Origin: Azolla caroliniana
Taxonomy: Eukaryota > Plantae > Polypodiophyta
Assembly (NCBI GenBank): GCA_043228905.1
Contig: JBHGNT010000018.1
Location: 14,818,001 to 14,882,000 of the forward strand
DNA: 64,000 bases
Reading direction: 5' to 3'
Shown here: positions 38,931-51,900 of the stretch, in pieces
Position numbering within the stretch: position 1 is the first letter of the stretch
Layout of the letters: each line of letters opens with the position of its first letter
Program-made: the position numbers and the translations under genes
The notes under the pieces: model-generated
What the model was told of the DNA's origin: nothing
The model's input: the letters and a program-made list of their open reading frames with translations, nothing else
Database searches by the model: none

Positions 38931-41538
38931 ACGTCTCTTTTAGTCGATAAACCCACTTGCAAGGAAGAGCACGTCGGTTCCTAGGTAAGTCGACCAGATC
39001 CCAAGTCTTGTTTGCCCGAATGGAGTGCATTTCCGACTCCATCGCCAGATGCCAGGTGGCTGAATCGACAGATGTCGATGCTTCTTCGTAAGACGTTGGT
39101 TCGCCGGCGTCGGTGAAGAAAATTCCAGGAGAATACCTCTCCGGAGGTTGCGACAGTCTCTCGGATCGTCGAGGTATGATTGGACTGGTCGCATCGGGTA
39201 TCAATGTCGGATGGTCCGAAAGCGGATTGTTCTGCTGTGCCGAGTCGGGGTTGTCCGAGTCGGTAGTGTAAGGTTCAGCTACCCGTGAAGCTGACCGTGT
39301 GTTGAGAGCAGGGCCTTCTTGAAGGGTCGGCACATCGGAAAATGTTACCCTTCGGACTTCGATCGGTTTTTCGACTGATGGATTCATAGCCGACTCGTTG
39401 AACACAACGTCCGAACTTCGAACGATTTGTCTGCGTTCGGGGTCCCAGAGTCGGTATCCCATTTCGCCGTCGGATCCATATCCAAGGAAAATGCATTTCC
39501 TGGACCGAGGTGCAAGTTTTCGGCGATCATCTTTCGGAATAAGGGCGTACGCCTCGCATCCGAAGATCCTCAGCTTGTCGTAATTCGGCTTACTGCCGAT
39601 CCATAGTTCTTGAGGAATTTGAAGTCCTAGAGGTCTACTTGGCGACATATTGATTATGTGTGCTGCCGTGAGTAGAGCCTCTGCCCAGAAGCCATCCGAC
39701 AGTCCGGAGTGTTGGAGCATGGAAACTATCCGTTCTTGGATTGTCCGATTCATGCGTTCGGCAATCCCGTTTTGCTCCGGACTGTGTGGTGCCGTAAATT
39801 CACGTCGGATGCCGCGTTGTCGGCAGAATTTGACGAATTCTTCGGATTTGAACTCTCCCCCATTGTCTGTCCGAAAGCATTTCAGCTTTCGGTCGGTTTG
39901 ATTTTCTACCATAGCGAGCCAATCGGTGAAGATCGAGAAGACCCGATCTTTGGTGCGAATTGGATAAGCCCACACCTTTCGAGTCGAATCGTCAATAAAA
40001 GTGACGAAGTAAGAGGCACCTCCGAGAGACTGATGCGGCATTGGGCCACAGACGTCCGAGTGGACCAAATCGAGAGGTCTCGTTTCTCTTGGTGCTGATG
40101 TCGGGTGTGATGCGGCTGCTTGTTTGCCATACTGGCAATGCTCGCAAAATTGATGGTCCGAGAAGGAGAGTTTGGGGATGTATCCGGCTCTAGATAGGTG
40201 CGTGATGCCGGCCTTGCTGAGGTGTCCTAATCTTCGGTGCCATAGTGATGACACAGGAATATCCACCAAAAACAGGTTACCCTCTCTGAGCGTAACATGT
40301 AACGGATACAGGGAGTGTATCTTGGGTCCTCTAGCAAGCAGGAGGTTCCCCATGTGGAGTGTCCACCCTCCCGAAGAAAAACCGGCACGAATGCCGTCTT
40401 CATCTAGTTGTCCGACTGAGATCAATGGCCTTGAGAGCTCGGGTACATGTCGGACATTGTGGAGTACAAGTGTAGAGCCACCTGCAAGGTTGAGCTCTAC
40501 TGTGCCGATTCCGATGATGTCACAGTGTTGCGAGTTACCGACCCGAACTGAGTCGGAGTGACGGATCGTGTATTGCCGAAATTGGGATCGATGAGGAGTC
40601 ACGTGAAATGACGCGCCCGAATCTAAGAGCCATGTGCTCGATTCTTCAGTCGTGAGTAGAACTTCTGATCCGACTGGATTTTCGATTGATAGTATATTCG
40701 GGTCGTCCGGTAGTACATCAGCTGAGAAGCTGACGTAATTGATCTCCTCATGCCGGCCACTCTTCTTGTTGTTCTTGTTCTTGAGTGCGCGGCAGTCGGC
40801 TTTGATGTGTCCGGGTTTCTTGCAATAGTTGCAGATTCGGTTATCCCGTGACTGGCTCCGTCTTCGCTGATTGTTCGGCGGTCGTGAGGAATCTCTTCCT
40901 CGTATGTTCGATCGTTCTGTCGAACCTTGTACTACGTAAGCGTCGTCTGTTGAGTCTTTGGCGAAAGACTTTCTCCGAGCTGCTTCGGTCAGGATTGCGC
41001 TCGTGACTTCGGAGTATTTAACAGCCGTGGTTGACGCGTTGCACACAGTTGTGACGAAAGTTTCCCATGATGAGGGAAGGCTACTCATGAGTATCATTGC
41101 TCTGAGTTCATCCTCGATTGCCGTCCCCTGTGACGAGATTTGGGAGCTTATGCTTTCGTACTCATTGAGGTGTGCTTGAACCGAATCGGATTCTTTCATC
41201 CGCAAGTTGTAGAGGCGCCGGATCAGAAACATCTTCGTTGCGGCGACCTTCTTTTCGTAAGTGTCCGACAGTGTTTTCCACAGTTCGAATGCTGTCGTAC
41301 ACGATTGCACCGTAAAGTATACCGATTCCGATAGGTGCATCCGAATCGTGGCGCGGACGATTCTGTCCAGCTTCTGCCACTCAATTGGTTTGTATCCTTC
41401 TGGAGGTTCTTCATTTTCGATGGGATCGATTTGCCCCTTGACTATGAGATAGTCCTGCATTTGTTCCTTCCAGAAGTTGAAGTTCGATCCATCGAACTTT
41501 CGTAGACTCATTTCTGACGAGCCGGATGTTGATGCCAT
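38931..41538 (-). CDS. gag-pol: Copia polyprotein N-terminal part (Gag, zinc knuckle, PR, INT, start of RT)
   Basis: CNYCKKPGHIKADC, WLLDSGASFH, LWHRRLGH...CEHC, VHSDVCGP, RTDNGGEF, NGIAERMN; no stops. Confidence 0.93.
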
Positions 41539-44500
41539 CAAGTTCGGTTTTAGTTGACGAAGCTCGGTTCGGAGTTGACTATGAACCTTGTTGGAGTGCA
41601 GCCGGTTGGCTCACCCGATATTGTTCTAGTCGGATTTGAACCCGAGTCGGTTCGGCTTCGGAACTTGCTCGAATTGACTCCGGTAGCTTGAGGGACAGAA
41701 CCGACTGGTCTTCCCGAATGTTGCCGAGTCGGAGTGAGCCCGGTTCGCTTCGGATATATATGCCGAATACCGATTATTGAAACCGATTATCTGGACCGAT
41801 TCTGCTTCGGTTGACTGCAGCGACGAGAGAGGTGGATCCAACTGATCCTCTCGAATGTCGATCAGCCTGATGGAGCACGAATTTGGAGTTGTCGTCTTGA
41901 GACCGATCTGCACCGAGTGGTTACAACGAGCGGCGTTTGATTACCTCTTCGGATGCCGTTTAACCGGGTGGAGCACGATCGTGTCAATGTTGCACAAGGG
42001 GATTTCACCTCGAGCGGTTACGATCACAAGGAGGGAAGTACAACCTGCTGGCTTACTCCAAGCAAAGATGATCTAACGCGATGAGATGCAAACCTGGTTT
42101 TTTTTTTTTCTTCTTCTTCTCTCTTCTTCGAATGACGCAGGAAACCGAATGCTGAGACGACGGCCGACAGCGGATTGAGGGACCGACTACTGTGCAGGCT
42201 CTGATACCAGATGTTGGGGATTATGTCGTCTTTGCGGAAGATCAAGTAGCATTCGATTGCTGTCCAGAGTACCTGCGTATGACAGTTTGTATGTCGTTGC
42301 ACAGAGAGAGAGAGAGAGAGACACAAAAGACTTTCTATTGCATAAAGCAAATAATACAACATCCAACCTTACAAAAAGGTTACAAGGTCACTATATATAG
42401 TGACCGACTTAGGGCAACTACCCTTTATGCTAATTACATAAATGGCCAAAACGGGATAGTATGAATACGTCCATTATACACATGTATTCGACACGCAGCT
42501 CTCGAGGCGATGCTCGAGGAAGAGGAAAGATCGAGGTCGCAAGCCGAGACTGAGGAGACGGACCTGCCCCACGCGATGACAGAAGATCAGTACCACGGTA
42601 CCACGAGAGAGGGTGCGGAACATAACGCCGTCTCAACTTGTGGACATAGAACGGTTAAGGATGAGGCCGAGATACGGATCGCGGGATTGGAACGTTGGAA
42701 CCAGCGGTTTCGAGCGTGTCAGCCCGAAACCCCGGACATCGGAGAAGCAAGCCCAGGCGGGGCTTACGCGATCGGTAAGGAGACGACCGCGGACCATGAA
42801 GAGCCAGTGGCTACAGACAAGGGCGTAAACCGAACGGGCGATTCTTTGAGCCTTCCCACACTTGCTCCCGAGACGATGGCAGTCGGGCCCGAGTGCCCAC
42901 ATGAGTCCCAAGCGGGGGAAGGCGGTGGCGAGAGACCAAGAATCACCGGCAAGACGATACGAGGAAGGAGTGGACGAAAGCCCCTGGATCCGATTCCGGA
43001 GAACTCAGCATTCGGGCCTGTATGCCCATGTAAGACCGAGGAGATGGATGGCAGTACCGAGGAGTCCTAGCACGATGCCAGCGAAGATGGATGGGAGATG
43101 GCCAATGACAAGGTCGACGAAGAGACCAAGGAACGACCCGACCGGGGACCGAACCGCGTGATGCTCCGATACGTGTGGAGCATAATACGGTTGTGGATTG
43201 TTCGATTGGGGCCGGATTTGGCATAAAGGTGCCGATACGGGAGAGGGTACGGGACGAGCCGCCCTCTTTTACATTAGGAGATAGACCGATCGGGCGAAGG
43301 TCGAGAATTGGCAGGAGGGTGATCAGAGGTTCGGAAAGAGTCTGGCAAGATCGGCATTGGAGCCGAAACTCTGGACATTGGAGAATCAAGCTCAGGCGGG
43401 CTTGATTGATCATAGAGCGGATGCTATCCACCGACACCACTAAAAGGGGCGGTGGCCCAGACGAGTTGCCGAAAGACGTTGCGAAATCGGTTACACCACA
43501 TCCTATCCGGAGACTATGGTTGTTCGACCGACGGGGCAACGTAAGACCGAAAGAGATGCAAGGTGGAGGCGGAAACGCAGCAAGGAGAGCGACGACGAGT
43601 TACGGAGAAGTACGGGGGATGAAGAGGAAAACAAAGACCGGTCCCATGAGATCTTCACACCAATCCGGTTGTCGGCCCGAGTGCCGGCGTGAGTCCTATA
43701 AGATAGATCGGTGGCGACAGGAGAACGGGACCCGGCAATCCGGAGAATGACGAACGGACCTGGACGAGAACCGGGCGGAGCGGACTCCCGGATAACCATT
43801 CTGGGAGGGGGGAAGAGAGCAGGCCTACGAAGAGGCCGGGAACATGGCACGTCGGTACCACGGGAGAGGGTGTGGAGCAAGCCACCCTCTTGGCTTGCGA
43901 AGGAGGGAAGACCCAGGAGAAGGGTGTAGGATACGAGGAGCCCAAGGAGGATCCTTCACACTGGATCTAGAGACTTCAGCAGTCGGCAACGTGGTCGGCG
44001 TAAGACCAAGATACTAACGGTGGCGGCGGGCGGACAAGGGCGAGCAAACCGAGGTCCCACGAAGATCCTCACACCGATCCAGCAGTCGGCCCGAGTGCCG
44101 GCGTGAGTCCTATAGGGGAGATCGGTGGCAGCAGGTGAACGTGATCGGACAACGGAAGCAAAGAAAGAAGGTATCAGGCCGGCAAGGCGGCTACGGACCA
44201 TCTCAAACTTCCGGCAAGGTGAGTGGGCGTAAGGAAGTCCGGTCCTACGGGATCCCCACACCAAACCAGAGACTCCGGCTAATCGGCCAACGTGGCAACC
44301 TAAGACCGAGAGAGGTTGGTGGCGGTGGGAAACGGGACCCGACTACGCGGAAGACACGAGGAGAATCCGGGAGGGACTCAAACAAAGACACCCTGAATTT
44401 CAGCAAGCAACGAAACGAAGACCGGTCCTATGGAATCTTCACATTGGTTCCGGAGACACCGGTTGTTCGTCCAACGTGGCAACATAAGACTAAGGGGGAA

Positions 44501-45927
44501 GGAAGGTGGCGGCAAGGGACGGGACCCAGCATCGACAAAGGTCGGTAAGGCGGGACGGACGAAGTGCGGAGCCCTTACTGGCCCGTTACGGTAGCGGAAG
44601 GAGCCGGTAGGGCAAACCCGGGGAGGTGTGTCGGGCCGAAAAGGCACACCTAGGACGGAACTAGAGGTTCGCAAGTGGCCATCGTGGGCCGGATCGAAGC
44701 GTGACTACTGGACGGTGTTCGGCACGGGCGGTGCCGAATAAAGGAAGTGGAAGACGGCACAAGGGAGGTGCCGGGAACGAGGTGACGGATGCCTAGTGGA
44801 CTGCACAGGGTCGGAGTCAGGGGATGGCGAGAGAGGCCGGAGGAGGATCCTCCACACTCGCTTCGTAGATCTCGGTAGCTTCGTCGAAGTAGTGAAGACT
44901 GACACGGCAAGCCCAGGGTGACAAGTTGGTGGGGGCGAGGGAACGACGGCAAGCGGAAGACTCAGGACCTGTTGCAGAAGCACGAAGACGGGAAGGGCCG
45001 AGCAGGCTACTACGGGTGTTCCTCGGATGCGGAGGACACTGGTATGCGGATGAGCGGTGATGCACGATCTGGCCGGAAAAGGGGCCGAAGAGGCGTGCAA
45101 TAAACCAGAGTACGGCACGGGTAGTGCCAAACAACGGATGAGGGTATGCGGCACACGGAGGTGCCAGAGCGGAAAGGCGAGCGCGAAGATGGGTTCTGCG
45201 GTTCGGAGGTAGTGCGTAAAGGCCAAAAGAAAAAAATGATCCTCCACACCATTCCGAAGACCATGGCGGTTCGAGCCGACGCGGCGACGTAAGACCATGG
45301 AGAAGGAAGGTGGCGGCGAGAGGATGAAGGCAACGCGAAGCAACATGGGACGGCAATCAGGATAACGCGAATGGTCGACGGAGGCCAAGCGGGCCACTAC
45401 AGGCGTTCCTCAAGCAGAGGACATCGGGCATACAACGGAGAACGGTGCGTGCACACGGCCGAACAAGGGCCATCGGAGGTATGCGTACTACGGAGATTGC
45501 GGCAAAGAACCCATCAACGGGAGGTAAGCGCGAAGGAAGAATCGAAGCCGACGGTTCAAACCGGCAGCGAGTCGGGATGCGGATTACAGGAGACTGGTTT
45601 CTCACCGACCGAAATCTCTCACCCTTCAACCAGATTTAGCACGTACCGGTGGACGTGCAGTTAGGTGGGGGCGGATGTCGTGAAGAATTTCGTCCAGAGG
45701 CGGAACCCCAGAAATATTGGCTACATCGGCGGGGTGCACCATGTGCACTCACCCTCGTGTAATTGTGTGAATAATAGGAGTTAAGTCAGGACGAACAATC
45801 CTATGTAAATCGGGATTTATCCCACATTGTAACGCATCCCTCTCCTTAGTCTATAAAAGGAAGGGATGGTCCCTTGTAGAACGGTTGCCCATTTTGTATT
45901 AGTAGGGTATACCGTTAGACGGAGTGA

Positions 45928-45985
<58 letters not shown>

Positions 45986-47593
45986 AGGGCTTCTTCTTCT
46001 TGCTCCCCTCTTTTTCTTCTTCATCCTTCTGTGCATCGAGCCTTGGCATCTAGCGTTCTAGATTTCTGCCCTGTACTCTATGCAAGACCCCGCTCGGCGC
46101 GACAAGCCCGAGAGCTCCCTAACCGACGGCTTGGCAGTAGACAACGATTGTATCTCATGCGGCCTAGGTCCGGCTTGAAGTCGGTGTTGAATCTTGTTGT
46201 CTTGTAAATACATATACATGTGGTTGTGCATATTCGGGTCTCTGTTGGTGCGTGTGTGTGTGTCTTAGTGTTTCTTTATTGCTTATGTACATGTTCGTGC
46301 GAGTGTCAATGTTGCATGCCTGCTCACTCTCTCTCTCTCCCTTCGGTTGCTTCCGGTGTGTTCCTGGGGTGCCCCGAAAGGGGTGAAGCGCGGCTTCCTA
46401 CACTCCGTCACTCCCTAGTCCAAGACCCCCGTGGTCCCGCCTTTCTACACACACGCACGTAACAACGCGACACCGGACAAAGAAGCAAATTGTGGTTGTC
46501 ACAGTAGAAGTATATGACAAAGGTGCTCCAAAGGTTCACCATGGCGGATGCGAAGCCGGTCGGGTCGACACTTCCATAAAACTACAAGTTTTCCGGAAAG
46601 CAAAGTCCAAAAAGAAAGACAGAGAAAGTTAGGATGCTGAAGATACCTTATGCCTCAGTTGTCGGAAGCCGAATGTACGGAATGGTGTGTACCCGGTCGG
46701 ACATCGGATATGTCGTCGAAGTGGTCAGCCGGTCCATGTGCAATCCAGGAAGACGATATTAGAATGTTGTCAAGTGGATCCTCGTGTACTTGAAAGGCAC
46801 CTCGAGCATGTGCCCCTGATTCGGTTAAGATAAACCCACACTGGAAGGTTTTACGTATTCAGAAATGTCGGTTGATGCAAATACCAACCGGTCTACGTCA
46901 TGACTTATGCAGGGGAAACCATATCGTGGTAGTTGAGGCTGTAGAAGTCTGTGGCACTATCAACAACGGAACAGAGTACATGGTGGCTTTAGAAGCCGAC
47001 AAGAAAGTAATATGGATGAAGGACTTCATCGGAGAGTTAGGGATGCAGTAGGAGTAATTTCGGCTCTATTGCGATAGTCAAAGTGTAATCCACCTTGAAA
47101 ATAACACAGCCTACCACTCTAGGACCAAGCACCTCCAAAGGAGATATCACTAGCTCTGGGAGAAGGTCCAAGACAAAGATTTTTCGTTGATAAAGATCCA
47201 CACGGAGGAGAACGGTTTGGATATACTAACCAAGGTGTTGTCGGCTGAGAAGTTGGACGTGTGTCGGAGACTGATCGGGTTGATAAGACATCCCATTCCG
47301 GAGTGAAGGGGGAGTTTGTTGGGAAACTGGTGCCTCCGGATGGGAACGAACGATCCAGATCAGATGAGCCGAATCAGATGGATCAGAAAGGTATCCAAAT
47401 CAGATCCAGTGTGAACCAGAGGTAGGGACATACTAGTAAATATGTTCTGATGCGCTTGTTAAGGCCATACTTGTAAATAACCCAAAAGTTATATGAGTAT
47501 AAATAACTAGGGCAAAACTTATTGACTTATTGACTTAATGACTTGTTATCACTGTACATAGAGAGAGAGAGAGAGAGAGAGATAAAAGAAGCT

Positions 47594-48991
47594 TGTAAAA
47601 GAATATGATTGCGGAAGCTAAGACAAAACTGGCTCGTCCAATAACTAAAGAATACAGACACAGGTAATGGAAACCTTACACGGGAGAGACAAAGTTAGAG
47701 CAGAACACAAAATACGTGTATATTCCAAAACACTAAAAACTTTTTGTACATACACTATGCTCTGTGAGCTCTTTTATACAAGTCCTTAAGAGGATTGACA
47801 AAAGCACTGACAAGTACTTCAATGCTCATACGAGCGACCAACACTGACTCCTAAAAATATGCCTAAGTACTAGGCTAAATTCGTAGGCCTCAAACGGCCT
47901 ACCGGTTATAATCCGATCCGGCTCCTGGTTCCGGATACCATCCGGACACCGATCCGATTCTTCATTCTGGACTCCGATCTGGATCTAGTTGATCTTGTCC
48001 GCTCAACACTCCCCCTCGTGTTGTCGCGGTGTAGGCACTTTGTAAAAGTGCATATGCGGAAGCTAAGACACAACTGGCTCAGCCGGATAACAACAGAATA
48101 CAGAAACGAGCGAGAGACACTTAATTAGAGCAGAACACAACTCAATTCAATACCAATACCCTGTACATACAATGTGCTCTGTAAGCACTTTTATACAAGT
48201 CCTTAAAAAGGACTGACAGAAGTACTCACAAGTACTTCAATGCTGATACGAGCGATTGACACTAACTCCTAAAAATATGCCTACGTACTAGGCTAGATTC
48301 GTAGGCCTCTAACAGCCTGTAAAAGTGCATATGCGGAAGCTAAGACACAACTGGCTCAGCCGGATAGCAACAGAATACAGACACGAGAGAGAGACACTTA
48401 ATTAGAGCAGAACACAACTCAATTCAAAACCAATACCCTTTACATACAATGTGCTCTGTGAGCACTTTTATACAAGTCCTTAAAAAGGACTGACAAAAAT
48501 ACTGACAAGTACTTCAATGCTCATACGAGCGATTGACATTAACTCCTAAAAATATGCCTACGTACTAGGCTAGATTCGTAGGCCTCTAACAACCTGTAAA
48601 AGTGCATATGCGGAAGCTAAGACACAACTAGCTCAGCCGGATAGCAACAGAATACAGACACGAGAGAGAGACACTTAATTAGAGCAGAACACAACTCAAT
48701 TCAAAACCAATACCCTTTACATACAATGTGCTTTGTGAGCATTGTTATACAAGTCCTTAAAAGGACTGACAAGTACTTCAATGCTCATACGAGCGACTGA
48801 CACTAACTCCTAAAAATATGCCTACGTATTAGGCTAGATTCGTAGACCTCTAACAGCCTACCGGTTACAATCCGATCCGGCTCCTGGTTCCGGATACCAT
48901 CCAGGCACTGATCCGGTTCTTCATTTCGGACTCCGATCCGACTTTGGCTTATTCAGCCAATCTAGATCTGGTTGAGCTAGTCCACTCAACA
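47594..48991 (-). repeat. Cluster of Bryco-like LTRs: full LTR 47594-48008, partial tandem units 48041-48317 and 48318-48594, full LTR 48595-48991
   Basis: tgtaaaagtgcatatgcggaagctaagac at 48041, 48318, 48595 (277-bp period); ctccccctc PPT complement after 48008 and 48991. Confidence 0.9.
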
Positions 48992-51900
48992 CTCCCCCTC
49001 AAGCTTCACTTGAGGTCGGATCGTGATGTCAGTGTTAGTGGTAGCCGATCCTGTCCTCCGTCTCCCCCTGGTGTCCTCCCGCCTTGCTCACACTTCTCGA
49101 CCCGTCCGGTCCCGTGCACCCTGACCTTCTTGGTCGGCTTGTCTACTTAGAAGGCTCATCTTGCAACTATTGCGCATCTTGACCCGTCGATTCCTACGTG
49201 TCTGTGTTGACTTCTTCTACCTCCTTGTCCATTTGTGCTTTAGTTGATCCGGCTCCTCCGAATCGGGTAACTTTGATTCGTTCAAGCTCTTGTCCGAATG
49301 GGTTGTCTCTAATTCGTCCTCAATCTTCAAGCCCTTTACCACATCGAACCACGTCCGAGTCTTGGCCTTCTTCTTTCGGTCGGTTCTTTCGTTCTTAACT
49401 CTACCGCCGTCGCCGCTTGTTCCGACATCATCGGATGTGCCGACTTTTTCACTCAGCTCGAATTCCTTTTTCTTCTTGTCTCCCCCTATCTCTCCGGCTC
49501 TTTGTCCATTGCCATCACTTGCTTTCCCTATTTCTGTTCCGGTTCTCCCCGTATCGGTCTCGGTTCTCCCCCTCAAGTGTGGCATGTCGAGATGCTGAAG
49601 ACCAAGCATCTCCGAAAAATGTTGCAACTTGTCCAGGCCAAGAGGTTTGGTGGAGATGACGGAAACCTCCAAATCCAGCCTAACATACTGGAGTTCTACT
49701 GAGGACCCACTCACGCAGAAACTGATAGTGCACTTCTATGGGTTTTGTCGGAGCATGGAACACAGGATTCTTGGCGAGCTACATGGTGCTCATGTTATCG
49801 CAGGAGATCGAGATCAGAGTCAGGACTTTGATCTAGAGGTTTTGTAGCAGCCGCCGAAGCCAGATGTCTTCACATGTGGCAATGGTAGCACCCCAATACT
49901 CAGCCTAAGTGCATGAAAGACCCACAGTCGACTGCTTTTTGCTACTCCATGCAACAATTGCGCTATGTAGACAGAACATGAATCCGGAAGTGGATCATCG
50001 ATCCGACGCATCTCTGGCATCGGTATATCCGACTAGCTTCTCGGTTATACCAAGTTGGTATAACAGTCCCCGGTTCTTAATGCCACTAACATACCACAGT
50101 ATTCGGTGCGCGCACTAGCGCTCCATAGTCGGCTTCTGCATGAATTGTCTGATCACTCTGACCGAATAGCTAATGTCGGGTCGGATGATCATGAAATATA
50201 TAAGGCTTCCGACAATTTGTCGGAACCGTTTCTCATCGCAGGTTGTTCTGGAGTCGAGACAAATCTTGAGATTCGAGTCTAGGGGTGTGGAGACTGGTTG
50301 GCAATCCGTCACGCCGAACTTGTACATCATATTCAACACATAATGTTGCTGAGATAACAATATGCCATCAAGGGTATAGAACACTTCGATCCCGAGGAAG
50401 TAATGAAGGTCCCCTAGGTCCTTCATTTCAAAAGCGTCCAACAATTGGGACTTCACTCGGCTAATTTTAGGCCATAAGGGGACTTCTGAGTCAGCACACT
50501 GCCGACTTGTTCATCTCCGACTAAAATCTGGGGGGCTGGATGATGTAGACCTATTCCTCAAGGTCTCCTTGAAGAAATGCATTCCTCACATCTCTTTGGT
50601 GAAGATGCCATCCCCTTGCCGTAACAACCACTAGCACTACCATAGTGAAGGTCTCGTCGTAGTCAATTTTGTGGGTCTATGCGTATCCTTTGTCCACTAA
50701 CTGGGCCTTGTACTGGTTGAACGAACCGTCAACGTTATACTTGGCCTTGTACACCCATATGCAACCATTTAGTTTGCAACGTCGAGGAGGGTCAATGAGG
50801 TCCCATGTGTCGTTGGCATCAAGTGCTCGCATCTCTTCCTCCATAGCGGCGCGTCATTCTAGGTCTTTTGTTGTGTCTACATAGCTCTTCAGGTCACGCA
50901 CTTCTACCACTTTCATCATGTACGCATAATGATACGCCATGTACTCATTATCACCATACCGTTTCACGGGGTTCTTCTGGCGGGTCGATCAGCGCAGTTT
51001 TTGCTTTACCGATTTGTTGGCCTTCTTGGCCGACTCAGACTTTGTCTCCGAAGGTCCGTCTTCGTTCTGACTGGAGTCGGATTTGTCCCGATCTAACTCG
51101 TCATTGTCGGTGTCGTATTCCGGCATCTTCTTCTTCCCCTTTTCCTTGAGTGTGAACCGTCTCCTCTGTTCCTTACGTGGGAGTGCACAACCGAGTCTTC
51201 ACTGCTCGTCGGCTCATCATCTTGTTGGTCCTTCCGACTCAGCGCTACATTTGGCCCGTTCAGCTAAAGTGAGATTGGACATCAAATCCTTCTTCATCTT
51301 CATCTAGAGTATCAAATCCTTCTTCATCTTCTGCCTAGATCATTTCAGGCTCACTGGCCTCATCCTCTGGAATCGGGTTAGGGTTGGACATCGGAGACAG
51401 TAGAGAGTTCCATGATGCTGACTCATCAAATTCGACATCTTGGCTCGCCTGAACTTGTCTTGTTCAAGGCTTATAGCACTTATAACCCTTTTGCTCATGT
51501 GAGTAGCCGACAAGGATGCACTTCTCTGACTTCGGCTCCAGCTTTTTCCGCTTCTCATCCGGCACATGCACATATGCAATGCACATATCTTCTGCCTGAA
51601 ATACAGCTCATGTGCGGACACCTTATACCCGATTCGGTTTAGGATGTAGATAACCGTTTGGACCGCTTCGGCCCAATAGAACTTGGGCATGCTCTTCTCT
51701 TCCAGCATTGCCCGTGCCACCTCCACAATTGACCGGTTGTTCCTTTCAGCCACACCATTTTGTGACGGTGTGTATCGGCAGCTGAATTCCCTCCAAACTC
51801 CTTTTTGCTGCAAATAATTGTTGAATTGGCCAGAAAATTATTCTTTTCCACCATCTGACTACAAGCACTTGATTTTCCTCTCCATTTCCCGTTCGACAAG

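Larger units (their letters stand above)
29756..42493 (-). mobile_element. Young Ty1/Copia element, Tnt1/Tork-like, with 282-bp LTRs (29756-30037, 42212-42493), interrupted by the Gypsy at 31641-38930
   Basis: Exact TSD CGCAG; LTRs look identical by eye; PBS tggtatcagagc at 42198-42209 (minus); PPT gggggag at 30038-30044. Confidence 0.96.
28199..46472 (+). mobile_element. Non-autonomous Phygy-like Gypsy element: LTRs 28199-28988 and 45676-46472, gag remnant 29011-29640, no pol
   Basis: TG...CA LTRs with internal (CT)n; TSD cagg/ccgg; PBS tggtgaacccgacgtgaa at 28993-29010; gag N-terminus homologous to the 32442 ORF; PPT ggtgggggcgga. Confidence 0.88.
4574..47593 (+). mobile_element. Degenerate Ty1/Copia element B, host of most of the nest. 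5' LTR 4574-5058; coding pieces 5104-5548, 7260-7833, 10707-10870, 27923-28198, 46473-47306; 3' LTR 47317-47593 (truncated)
   Basis: PBS tggtatagagc at 5062-5072; reading frame resumes across insertions (KSLYG|LKQAPRQ; MHIVxD|RTKKQ); RNase H YCDSQS and RTKH motifs; PPT gaagggggag before TG at 47317. LTRs are the same family but clearly diverged. Confidence 0.8.

Noticed and set aside
28454-47583. (CT)n/(GA)n microsatellites as independent features
   Set aside because: They are integral parts of LTRs (near 28454, 29847, 42303, 45930, 47560)
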